Assembly (NCBI GenBank): GCA_015057635.1
Contig: SVEB01000050.1
Span: forward strand, 5,682-69,681
Direction: 5' to 3'
Length of the DNA: 64,000 nucleotides
Source: Lachnospiraceae bacterium
GTDB lineage: Bacteria > Bacillota > Clostridia > Lachnospirales > Lachnospiraceae
Shown: piece after piece, positions 28,527 through 38,140 of the stretch
How positions within the stretch are numbered: position 1 is the stretch's first letter
Layout of the letters: each line of letters begins with the position of its first letter
Program-made: the position numbers and the translations under genes
Notes under the pieces: model-generated
Told to the model about the DNA's origin: nothing
Database searches by the model: none
The model's input: the letters and a program-made list of their open reading frames with translations, nothing else

Positions 28527-30200
28527 CTAGAACATCTTCTTTGAAAGCTTCTCCACGATGTCGGCAACACAGCCGGATTCGAATGGAGTTTTAAGGCCTA
28601 CTGCCGGAAGCATATTTACGAAGAAATCGCTTGCGGAAAGTTCGCAAAGTTTTAAATAGCTAGCCCATGCTGCCTTATAATCCTCATCCATCCATACCTT
28701 GTACTGGAATGCACATGTCTGTGCAAGGCAGTAATCAATATAGTAGAATGGCACCTGATAGATATGGGATTGTTTCTGCCAGAAACCGCCATTTGCCATA
28801 AACGAATCATCACCGTAGTCAAGATGTGGTTTATATTCCTTCTCTAATTCCACCCATGCTGCTTTTCTTTCGGCTGGTGTCATCTCCGGATTTTCATATA
28901 CAACATGCTGGAATTCATCTACTGTACAGCCATAAGGAATAAATGCTACTGCATCTTCAATATGCATCTCAACATAATCCTTCGTTCTGTCACCGAAGAA
29001 TAACTTCATCCAAGGCTCTGTAAAGAATTCCATAGACATGGAATGGATTTCTGCTGTCTCCATTGTAATTTCGGCATGTTCACGAATTGGATCCTTGCCG
29101 GAGATATAGCCCTGGAATGCATGACCGCATTCATGTGTGATAACATCAATATCACCGCTGGTTCCATTAAAGTTTGCGAAAATAAATGGAGAATTATATT
29201 TTGGAAGGTAGGTCATATAGCCGCCGGCTCTCTTGGTCTTTCTTCCTAATACATCAAATAATTCATTCTCTGTCATGAAATCAAAGAATTCCTTTGTTTC
29301 CGGTGACAGTTCTGAATACATCTGCTGTCCATCTTTCATAATCTCTTCCGGTGTTCCGGTTGGTTCCGGATTACCATTTTTAAAATAAACGCTTTCATCA
29401 ATTGCAGAAAGCTTATCGAGTCCAAGACGTTCTCTTCTCATATCATGAAGTTTTTCTGCAAATGGAACCCAGTACTTCTTGACCTGGTCACGGAAGTTTT
29501 TAACCATTTCCCTATCATAGCAGTTACGTCCTATACGATAGTATCCAAGTTCCACATAGTCCTTGAATCCTAACTCTTTTGCCTGTTTGTCACGGTTCTT
29601 TACAAGGCTGTCATAAATACGGTCAAGCGCTTCACCATTTTCCGCCATCCACGCGGAACGTTTTGCATGTGCCTTTTTACGAACTTCACGATCAGAGTTA
29701 TTTAAGTACTTTCCTAATAAGGATAAGTTAAGAGTCTCACCTTCCCAGTCAATCTTAGCACTTGCGATCAGCTTTGTATATTCGGTTGTTAAAGCATTCT
29801 CTTCCTGCATTAATGGGATTAATTTTTCATCAAAGGACTTAATTCTCAATTCCATATTCTTAAATGCAACTTTGCCAATCACGCCTTCTAAATAATCACG
29901 GTATGGTGAGTTATAAAGAAGCATCATATAATTAACATTTAAGCTGTCAATCTTTGGTCCAATTTCATCATAGTAATCATTCTCTGCGGAATAGAACTCA
30001 TCCTGAGTATCGATATCGTAACGGATATGAGCAATCGTCATCAATGTATCGATTTCAGAGGTCAGCGCATAATATTTCTTATGCACTTCGAACTGCTCTT
30101 CCCCACTTTTCGCCGCTTTGAATTCTTCCATTAATTCATTCATCTTTGTCTCCACGTCCTCAAACTGGACGCGTTTGTATGGCATATCTTTAAATTTCAT
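28527..30200 (-). CDS. M3B family oligoendopeptidase (PepF-like)
   Basis: HECGH zinc motif, ETAEIHSMSME, FYYIDY. Confidence 0.93.
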   Translation of the reverse strand: MKFKDMPYKRVQFEDVETKMNELMEEFKAAKSGEEQFEVHKKYYALTSEIDTLMTIAHIRYDIDTQDEFYSAENDYYDEIGPKIDSLNVNYMMLLYNSPYRDYLEGVIGKVAFKNMELRIKSFDEKLIPLMQEENALTTEYTKLIASAKIDWEGETLNLSLLGKYLNNSDREVRKKAHAKRSAWMAENGEALDRIYDSLVKNRDKQAKELGFKDYVELGYYRIGRNCYDREMVKNFRDQVKKYWVPFAEKLHDMRRERLGLDKLSAIDESVYFKNGNPEPTGTPEEIMKDGQQMYSELSPETKEFFDFMTENELFDVLGRKTKRAGGYMTYLPKYNSPFIFANFNGTSGDIDVITHECGHAFQGYISGKDPIREHAEITMETAEIHSMSMEFFTEPWMKLFFGDRTKDYVEMHIEDAVAFIPYGCTVDEFQHVVYENPEMTPAERKAAWVELEKEYKPHLDYGDDSFMANGGFWQKQSHIYQVPFYYIDYCLAQTCAFQYKVWMDEDYKAAWASYLKLCELSASDFFVNMLPAVGLKTPFESGCVADIVEKLSKKMF

Positions 30201-30411
30201 CCTTTTCCCTCCTGATAGTGATTTACTGATTATCTTAACGCGATTTCAATAAAATGGCAATACATATAGTTCCGATTCTACTATTTTCATCATCTATTAT
30301 GATTTTATTTTATAAAAAATACACATTTGTTCTGTAAATTCCCAAATCAGGTGACATTCCACACTAAGCAGAATACACTATTAATAAGATTGTTTTTTGG
30401 GAGTGAGACAG

Positions 30412-31710
30412 TTGGAATACCGAAAAGAAACTTGCACAGGGAAGCGTTATTATCCTACCTCCTCTTCCCCTTCTGATAGTACCATTCCGGAAGCCTATGC
30501 CGGCAACTATCCGGCAAATGGGATTTTTCCGGCAAAACCATTTCATGGAATGCAGATTTTCTACTCCATCAGCCATGCCGCAATCCACAAACAGGATGAC
30601 TTTATTGGAAAGGATGCCGAGCGTGTATTAATCGGACACAGCCTAAGTTCTCATCTCGAGCTGAATGGCTATGTGGAAATATGCTCAGCCGGAGGCTGTC
30701 TGCGAGCAACAATCCAGGTATCCTTAACCGATATTGCCAATCCTGAAAACACCGAAATCTCTTATCTCATCCTTTCTCCTTCTGAGACAGCCAAGCAGCC
30801 ATTTCATATTTGTCTGGATCTCTCCCCAGCCATTTCGGAAGCTTATGCAAGCGTCGTAATTGTGGCAGAATTTGAATCCTGCACTCGTTATCTAAAACTC
30901 AGTGGGAAACTAAAAAATGAGCACTCCTGTCCGGTTCCTCCATGGGTACCGCCCATACCGGAGGCAAAGCCTGTGCTCCCTCCCTGCTTTTTATCTGATG
31001 ATACCAGAATTGACGAGCATGGCACACTTCTTTGGAAATGCGCCACACTGACGGATGGTCCTGGAGGTTTTCCGACCGGTTCCTATCAAATATCCGAAGA
31101 AGGCTTTATTCTCCTTGAAAAAGTGTCCGGCTCTTCCATATACGGAACTTATTTTGGTATACCGGAACTCTATGGAAGCGGAAGCTTTTTGGGGGTGATT
31201 CGAGAAGAGGAATGTGTCAAACAGATTATAATCGAAGCCAACTGGCATGGAAATCCGCCTTATTACTGCAAAGAAACATTTGAACCTGGAAAATTAAGAA
31301 TCGCTTTTACGGAAGATGGAAATCGTTTTCATATGAACTACTCCCAGTGTGGGGAACCAGCCACACTCTCGGGTCCTCCGCGTATTGGCTATCTTGTCTA
31401 TCCGAACTTCTATCCGCTTGACGGTATGTACTGGGAATACAATGAAATGCCGGGGCAGCAGATTCCAAAAGAAGGTATTCTTCGTACCCTCCTGAATCCG
31501 ATCTCTCCCGGCCTTTTATCCAATTCAATTCTTGGTTTTTATGATCATAACAAAGGAAGCCTGAATGGAAAAATAGTCGGCAATGTCCTTCTTTGTTACT
31601 TTTTCTATAGTTTAAAAGATGATAGCATCTGCTATGGTGAAGCTTGCTTTCTATTTGATCCGTATTCCCAGTGTTTTATCGCGACCTGGAACCCGGCAGG
31701 ATCCATCTGA
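30412..31710 (+). CDS. Hypothetical Cys/Pro/Gly-rich protein (about 430 aa)
   Basis: Long ORF filling a 1.3-kb gap; GGGAG RBS before TTG 30412; no recognised family. Confidence 0.7.
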   Translation: MEYRKETCTGKRYYPTSSSPSDSTIPEAYAGNYPANGIFPAKPFHGMQIFYSISHAAIHKQDDFIGKDAERVLIGHSLSSHLELNGYVEICSAGGCLRATIQVSLTDIANPENTEISYLILSPSETAKQPFHICLDLSPAISEAYASVVIVAEFESCTRYLKLSGKLKNEHSCPVPPWVPPIPEAKPVLPPCFLSDDTRIDEHGTLLWKCATLTDGPGGFPTGSYQISEEGFILLEKVSGSSIYGTYFGIPELYGSGSFLGVIREEECVKQIIIEANWHGNPPYYCKETFEPGKLRIAFTEDGNRFHMNYSQCGEPATLSGPPRIGYLVYPNFYPLDGMYWEYNEMPGQQIPKEGILRTLLNPISPGLLSNSILGFYDHNKGSLNGKIVGNVLLCYFFYSLKDDSICYGEACFLFDPYSQCFIATWNPAGSI

Positions 31711-31809
31711 CCCTTGGTTAAACAGTATCCCTTCTTCCTCTCTTATCAGTCTTGTTACCATTTCCTGATCTCTTTTTTGACTGCTAAAAGAGAGGAAGAA
31801 ATTACAGCC

Positions 31810-31992
31810 TTACATCTGTTTACGCACAATCCTATATTCATCACCAAACTGAAAATAAGGACAGGCATCGAATGTATCGGTTAAAAACTTGCCCATCTCA
31901 TCTTCATCTAAGTTCATTAAGCACACATAACATTCATATTCTTCATCATAATCATAATTCATGCAGCATTCACAGTTTGTTCTCTTGCTCAT
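31810..31992 (-). CDS. DUF6472-like small Cys-containing protein
   Basis: NCECC...C...LDEDEM...CPYFQFGDEYRIVRKQM pattern recognised from memory; AAGGA RBS. Confidence 0.8.
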   Translation of the reverse strand: MSKRTNCECCMNYDYDEEYECYVCLMNLDEDEMGKFLTDTFDACPYFQFGDEYRIVRKQM

Positions 31993-32141
31993 CTTATATT
32001 CCTTCCTTTTCTGTCTTTCCTTTTCTTCTGTCTTCTCTTACTTTTCCCTTGGTAAGCTGTTGCTTTTAGTGTAGCAAATTTCCCTTCACAAATCTAGTAG
32101 GCTGCTAAAATTCTTGCCCTTGGCTGTTTGTCTAATCCTTA

Positions 32142-32170
32142 TTGACACAAAATGCTTTTCCATTTATAGT
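32142..32170 (+). promoter_or_regulatory. Putative sigma-A promoter of the TraX-family gene
   Basis: TTGACA-N17-TATAGT. Confidence 0.65.
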
Positions 32171-32221
32171 AATTATAAACCTAAAATAGGCATTAAGTCT
32201 AAATGATAAGGAGATATCTAT

Positions 32222-33016
32222 ATGACCACTACATCTTTAAAGCTGCTTGCCCTGATTCTGATGTTTCTTGACCACATAGGAGAATTCATCCCTGGCATGC
32301 CAGTCTACCTTCGATGGATCGGAAGGCTGTCTGCCCCACTATTCATGTTCTGTATGGTATGGGGACTGCATTACACCAGAAACCGGATGCATTATCTGAA
32401 ACGGATGTACTTCTTCGGCGTCTTTATGGCAGCTGTTAATCTGCTTCTTAACAATATCCTTTCCGAACCATATCACTACATAAGCAATAACATCTTTGTT
32501 ACCTTACTGCTTGTCGGCATTATCGTAACCATTTCTGAAAAAGCAAAAGAGAGACCGGACAAACGCATCTTTATGTGGACCTGCTTCTTTGCATTTGAAT
32601 TCTTCTCTACCATCATCTGCATCCTGCTTGGTTCCTTTGCCCCTTTATATGGAATATCATCCTTTGTCGGCGCCATCCTTCCTAATCTTATCTTCAGCGA
32701 AGGCAGTTTTATCTTTGTGGCACTCGGTGTACTGATGTATCATCAGAAAGAATCCAAACGTGGACTCATTACCGTCTATGTGGCTTTCATCGTGATCTAT
32801 ACATTCATCACTACCTTTGCCATGAGCCAGGCATACGGAATTACCGATTATGTCCATTTCTTTCTTCATGAAAACTATCAGTGGATGATGATATTCTCAC
32901 TTCCTCTGATGCTTGGATACAATAATCAAAAAGGTGCCGGGTTAAAATACTTCTTCTATATCTTTTATCCAGCTCATATCATCCTTTTATATCTGGCTGG
33001 AAACCTTTTATTTTAA
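32222..33016 (+). CDS. TraX family membrane protein (putative acyltransferase)
   Basis: LKLLALILMFLDHIG...IGRLSAPLF, YNNQKG...KYFFYIFYPAH. Confidence 0.88.
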   Translation: MTTTSLKLLALILMFLDHIGEFIPGMPVYLRWIGRLSAPLFMFCMVWGLHYTRNRMHYLKRMYFFGVFMAAVNLLLNNILSEPYHYISNNIFVTLLLVGIIVTISEKAKERPDKRIFMWTCFFAFEFFSTIICILLGSFAPLYGISSFVGAILPNLIFSEGSFIFVALGVLMYHQKESKRGLITVYVAFIVIYTFITTFAMSQAYGITDYVHFFLHENYQWMMIFSLPLMLGYNNQKGAGLKYFFYIFYPAHIILLYLAGNLLF

Positions 33017-33079
33017 CAGCGGTTTCTCTAAAAATAAAAAATTCTATTTAATTGGGTTCTCTAAAGAACTTCTATATAC

Positions 33080-33131
33080 AATAAAAAGTCAGGATAAGGC
33101 CAAGAAAGCGGCTTTATTCTGACTTTTTATT
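33080..33131. terminator. Bidirectional intrinsic terminator
   Basis: aataaaaagtcaggataaggcc / ggctttattctgactttttatt between convergent genes. Confidence 0.8.
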
Positions 33132-33260
33132 ATAATTTTATCTTCGTTCTTTATCTAAACTTTCCCCTCGTCTACTGGCACATTGATTTTTCTCCCATGA
33201 GATCTATCATAATGCACCTCATGATATTTCTCTATTGTATATCCTACGTTTTCTACTTTT

Positions 33261-36200
33261 TTACTGAAGTTTAATAATATCATCAAACAGATCTTTATGC
33301 TGTTCAATGTATTCCGGAGATGCCACCACTACATAATTAGATTCCTCAATCAGTTTCGTTAACATCTCAACATAAGTCCCATAATCAGATGCTTTTGCCG
33401 TCTTGATCTGCTCTAACATTTCTTTTAATTCATTAATATCATAATGACTGATGGTACGGATTGCAGATGTGAATGCACCGGTCAGTTCTCCGGACGGAAC
33501 GGAATATCCTGCATAGGTTGAAAGGATATAGCTTTCCAGATCTTTATCTGTTAGTTTGGATGCAATGGATTTTATATATTTATCCATGCTATCGATCACT
33601 TCAATCGAGTTTGCCGCATTGGCATCCCGGTACGTATACACCAGGAAGATACTTTCATCCAGTGATGCACCTGCTCCATATGCGCCTCCGTTAAATCGGA
33701 TCTCCGGAATCAGATAACCATCATTTAACATCGTACACATATTGACCATGCCGCCGTCAAACTCCACACCGGACTTTGTAAAATCCGAACTCCATACCAC
33801 ATACTGCACATCGGAGCTTGTGGTATAAGCCTGATGTCTTGCACAAGTTGGAAGCTCATATTCCGCATCTTTTACGGTCATAAACGGGAACTGTTTTACA
33901 AAGTCTGCTTTTACTTTATTGAATGCATTCAGTGACCATTCGTCTCCTGCGATTGCAATTGACATGCCATTGCGGATAAATGTCTTCTGACGTACTTCTT
34001 CCAGCTTCTCGATTACTTTCTGTGGATCTTTTTGCATCTGCTCTTCAATATCCTGAATAAACTCATAAAAACTTAATCCGCCCCAATAATCCTGATAACG
34101 CATTGCCAGATTAGAATACCCTGCTGCACTATACATCGCAACGGTTAACGGATCTGCAAGTACCGATACATAGGCTGCATTGATCGCATCAATCGCTCTC
34201 TTGATATAAGTCTCAGCGTTTTCTAATTTTGTCTTTAACAGCACATCGGTAAGGAAATCAGCCGCTTCCTTATATTCATCTCGCATTGCATAGAAGCTGA
34301 TATAGTAAGAAGGTGCGATCTCATTCGTCCTGTAATCCTGTTTCACGGTCAGTGCCATCTGCATGCCGTAAGTCAGATTCATCATATTGGCAATCACCTG
34401 ATTCTCGGTCCAGTCACCAGCCGGCATGCCAAGAGAAAGCATATTGTTATAAAGCTGCAGATATAATAACTCTTCCTTATCCAGATGAGACAGATCAAAA
34501 TAAATGCCGGTCTCGCTTATATTGGCGATTTCCGCCTTGCTCGTCACAACTCTGGCACCATATACATCCTGATCGGTTGTATCATATTCATCTATTTCCA
34601 CCGGAAGTTCATCCACCGATACTGCCTTCATGGAATCGATCAGTTCCTCACTTGTCTCCTGGCTATTCCATTCATTGAATTCCTTTGTATGCTCCACCAT
34701 CTTCTGAATCTCTTTTGCAGATAAAGATGCTTTATAATCAGCAAGTTTTTTTGCCTGTGCCGCATTATTCTTCTCTAAAAGTCCTGCAACCGGTGTAGTC
34801 GTAATCAGCGACTGACGCTTATTTTGCAGAAGGTACTTTGATATACACTGTTCCAGATATTTGTCATTCAGCTTCTGCTCAATGCTGTAATAGTAGTCCG
34901 TTACATTAGCAGTAGCATCTTCATACTCACAGTCCATAACAGCCGCCTGAAGCATCGCGCTAAGTCCGGCTGACCCTTCATTGCTTAATACATCGCTAAA
35001 ACGAAGGGATTTAATTAAAGACGTCACAAGATTCTTATCAAGCCCGTTTTTAACGGTCTTCTGAAGCTCTGTTTTGGCCAGGGTACAAAACTCATCTGCT
35101 TTTGTCTCATCTGCATTATTGGCAATGACCATAAAGACTGGCTGGTACGTATTCGTGCCAAATGAAATGCTGTAACTTTCCGCAATACCGCTTGCCTTTA
35201 ATGCCTGCATAAAGCTTCCGTTCTCCAGATTCAAAAGGCTTGCCGCAATACTTAATGCTGCAAATTCCCCTTTCTCAATGCTTAATAAATCGGGCAGTGT
35301 CATACAGTACTCAATAATGGATTTATTAACGGTATCGCTTCCATTTGCTGCCGGGAATGTATAACTTTTCTTTACTAACTCATCTGTTTCTTTTGTTTCG
35401 GTACGATCTGTTACAACCTCTTTCTTTACATAATTTGAGAAATAGTCCTCATCAATCAATTTTAAGAACTTGTCACAGTCGATATCACCGTAAAGAATGA
35501 CAAGGCTGTTCGAAGGGTGATAATTCTTCTTGTAGGTAGCAATCAGTTCCTCATAACTTAAATTCAGGATTTCTCCCGGAACCCCTCCCGAAACCGTTCC
35601 TTCTGCTGTTCCTTCAAATATTGTCTTCATGGCATTATAATATGCCATTGTCGTGATGTCCGACAGACTGCCTTTCATTTCGTTATATACCGTACCATTC
35701 TGTACGATTTCGGAAGATGCATCGCTTAGTTCATAACGCCATGCCTCTCTTTCGAATATCTTTTCTTCTGTAAGAAGGGTTGGATTAAACACGCAGTCTA
35801 AGTAAATATCGGTCAGTTTGTAAAGCTGTTCCTCACTACAGGATGTAACCGGATACATCGTCATATTCTGTGATGTCATCGCGTTAATAAAAGAAGTGTA
35901 CGTATTGTTGGATACCGAGAAAAATAAGTTGCGATCCGGATATTTCTCGCTTCCTGCAATTGTCGAATGTTCAATGATATGACTGATTCCTTTGTCATTC
36001 TCTGCTGGGGTACGAAAACTGATGGTAAAACCGCGGTTTATATCATCATTTTCGAACCAAAGCAGTTTCGCACCTGTTTTTTCGTGCTCAAATGTGTACA
36101 CATTCGACTGATACGTACTGCTATATGACTGGTTCGTCACTTTAAATCCATTTATGACATCGCCAACCATATATGCTTCTTTCGTACTGTCCTCTGTTTG

Positions 36201-36284
36201 TGCTGCATTTACGAAAATCGGACAGCTTGTCCATGCCACCATGACGGCGGCAAGTAACGCAGCCAGCACTCGCTTAAACTTCAT
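33261..36284 (-). CDS. M16C (PreP/insulinase) metallopeptidase with signal peptide
   Basis: HIIEH inverted zinc motif, FINAMT...TMYP, GTVYNEMKG, IRFNGGAYGA, YRDA; N-terminal signal peptide. Confidence 0.92.
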   Translation of the reverse strand: MKFKRVLAALLAAVMVAWTSCPIFVNAAQTEDSTKEAYMVGDVINGFKVTNQSYSSTYQSNVYTFEHEKTGAKLLWFENDDINRGFTISFRTPAENDKGISHIIEHSTIAGSEKYPDRNLFFSVSNNTYTSFINAMTSQNMTMYPVTSCSEEQLYKLTDIYLDCVFNPTLLTEEKIFEREAWRYELSDASSEIVQNGTVYNEMKGSLSDITTMAYYNAMKTIFEGTAEGTVSGGVPGEILNLSYEELIATYKKNYHPSNSLVILYGDIDCDKFLKLIDEDYFSNYVKKEVVTDRTETKETDELVKKSYTFPAANGSDTVNKSIIEYCMTLPDLLSIEKGEFAALSIAASLLNLENGSFMQALKASGIAESYSISFGTNTYQPVFMVIANNADETKADEFCTLAKTELQKTVKNGLDKNLVTSLIKSLRFSDVLSNEGSAGLSAMLQAAVMDCEYEDATANVTDYYYSIEQKLNDKYLEQCISKYLLQNKRQSLITTTPVAGLLEKNNAAQAKKLADYKASLSAKEIQKMVEHTKEFNEWNSQETSEELIDSMKAVSVDELPVEIDEYDTTDQDVYGARVVTSKAEIANISETGIYFDLSHLDKEELLYLQLYNNMLSLGMPAGDWTENQVIANMMNLTYGMQMALTVKQDYRTNEIAPSYYISFYAMRDEYKEAADFLTDVLLKTKLENAETYIKRAIDAINAAYVSVLADPLTVAMYSAAGYSNLAMRYQDYWGGLSFYEFIQDIEEQMQKDPQKVIEKLEEVRQKTFIRNGMSIAIAGDEWSLNAFNKVKADFVKQFPFMTVKDAEYELPTCARHQAYTTSSDVQYVVWSSDFTKSGVEFDGGMVNMCTMLNDGYLIPEIRFNGGAYGAGASLDESIFLVYTYRDANAANSIEVIDSMDKYIKSIASKLTDKDLESYILSTYAGYSVPSGELTGAFTSAIRTISHYDINELKEMLEQIKTAKASDYGTYVEMLTKLIEESNYVVVASPEYIEQHKDLFDDIIKLQ

Positions 36285-36333
36285 CCCTTATACGCCTCTC
36301 TCCTAAGAAATTTGGTTATATTTCACAATTTTT

Positions 36334-36362
36334 ATTATAGAGATTCCATAAACGGGCGTCAA
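36334..36362 (-). promoter_or_regulatory. Putative sigma-A promoter of the M16C gene
   Basis: Minus strand TTGACG-N17-TATAAT. Confidence 0.7.
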
Positions 36363-36474
36363 ATACGAAATCGTTTTTGTACGAATTTTCGGTTGATTTA
36401 ATTCACTCATTTCTACTCTTTTTCTGCTTCATTTTTGAAAAAGTACGTCCAGTTTTCATGAATCACTATGTACC

Positions 36475-37824
36475 TTAACGAAGATGCTCCGTTACTTTCT
36501 TTTCGTTATAGCATAACAGGACGACTCCACCAAGCAGACAGAATACGGATGCAGTTCCTGCAATCTGCCGATACGCCAATGCTCCATTTCCGCTAGAAGC
36601 TGCAATCGCAGTAAACAATAACATGGCAACGCTCTGACCTAACTTAAATGCGAATGTTCTAGCCGCATAAAACATACCTTCCCGATTCTCGCCTGTCTGA
36701 TACGCATCGCTCTCGGCCACATCGGCTACCATTGCCTGCGGAAGGATTCCAAAAACCGCCATTGGAATGGCCGCTGCTACAACTAAAACAAATCCCTGAA
36801 CCACAGGACTGATTGGAATGGCATTTCCAAGAAATGAGGTATACAGATAAGAAAGAGCAAACAGTAAAAAGGCCGTGAACACAATCTTCTTCTTTCCAAT
36901 CTTTCTGGCTAGCATATTGATCGGCACATAAAATACAAGTGATAACGCCGTCATTGCAACAAAATAAACAGTAGACATGCTTTCTTTCAGACAAAGCAGA
37001 GAGGTAACAAAGAATGGAAGACCGGTCTGAAACATAGTAAGCGCGATCCAGTATAAGATATCTGATCCTACGAAAACACGAAAATCCCGATTTCGAAATG
37101 TCTTAATCAAAGAGGATAAGGCAGTTCCTTTCGCCGGTGTCGAATTCACATAATCTTTCTCCCGTATCGCAAAAACCGGCACCATCATACAGATAAATGC
37201 AACTGCTGCGAATATCGCAAACGTAAGTCTCATGGCCGCCATACGTCCAAGACTGTCTTCGAAAAGCCCCCACACTACCGGTGCTGCATATGCGAATGCA
37301 GTTCCTACGATAAATGTCAGGGAAATCGCCGTTGAGATATTAAGGCGTTCCTTCTGATCATGTCCAAGTTCCGGAATCAACGCCGCATATGGAGTACAAT
37401 AAGCGGTAATGCAAAGATAGTATAGCATTACAAACACAAATACCCATACCGCATTTAGACTGCTGACCTTTGGAACCGGTGCACAGAATACAAGGACCGT
37501 TGCAATCGCTAACGGAAGGGACGCCCATTTTAAAAAGGGGATTCTTCGCCCATTCTTTGACGTACACTTATCTGATAACGAAGCGATCCACGGATCCGTC
37601 ACTGCATCAAACACCCTTCCTAGTGCAGTAACCCCGCCAATTACCGTAAATATGCCTAAAATAACAAGTCCCTGCGGAAGCAGAAGCTTCTGTCCTGCTG
37701 CAACCGCTGTTTCATCTGGCTGATAAAAATAAACTAGCCAGTTTGATATCAAACCGGACAGAATTGCCCATCCAAGCTGTCCTACTGCAAATAACCACAT
37801 CTTCCCTTTTTGTAATGACTTCAT
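36475..37824 (-). CDS. MFS transporter, GPH/MFS_2 (glycoside-pentoside-hexuronide) family
   Basis: GRVFDAVTDPWIASLSD...GRRIPF, PYAALIPEL, ADVAESD...REGMFY. Confidence 0.92.
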   Translation of the reverse strand: MKSLQKGKMWLFAVGQLGWAILSGLISNWLVYFYQPDETAVAAGQKLLLPQGLVILGIFTVIGGVTALGRVFDAVTDPWIASLSDKCTSKNGRRIPFLKWASLPLAIATVLVFCAPVPKVSSLNAVWVFVFVMLYYLCITAYCTPYAALIPELGHDQKERLNISTAISLTFIVGTAFAYAAPVVWGLFEDSLGRMAAMRLTFAIFAAVAFICMMVPVFAIREKDYVNSTPAKGTALSSLIKTFRNRDFRVFVGSDILYWIALTMFQTGLPFFVTSLLCLKESMSTVYFVAMTALSLVFYVPINMLARKIGKKKIVFTAFLLFALSYLYTSFLGNAIPISPVVQGFVLVVAAAIPMAVFGILPQAMVADVAESDAYQTGENREGMFYAARTFAFKLGQSVAMLLFTAIAASSGNGALAYRQIAGTASVFCLLGGVVLLCYNEKKVTEHLR

Positions 37825-37859
37825 ATAAACCCTCCATGTTATAGTCCGTTTACCTTCTG

Positions 37860-38140
37860 ATTGATTGTCTGTATTACTTGTATTCTTTACTGGTTATTTC
37901 TTTACTCATTATTTCTATTCTGTTTTCATCTTGTATGATTGCTTTACTTCGTTTTGATGCTTTTACTTTGCTTTGATGCTTTTACTTTGCTTTGATGCTT
38001 TTACTTCTTTTACTTCTTTTGTTACCTGTTCTTCTTGTGTGTTGTTCTGTTGTTGTCCTGTTGTTGTTCTGCCCTTGTACTATGTTTTACTATGTTTTGC
38101 TTTGTTTTACTTTGTCTTATTTTGTTTTACTTTGCTTTTA
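37860..38140. repeat. T-rich low-complexity tract with 19-bp and 10-bp tandem repeats
   Basis: tttgatgcttttactttgc about 2.8 times (37953-38006); about six 10-bp units like tttgttttac (38081-38140). Confidence 0.8.

Noticed and set aside
32222-33016. TraX as evidence of a conjugative element
   Set aside because: No relaxase, T4SS or integrase nearby; stand-alone TraX-family genes are common on Firmicute chromosomes.
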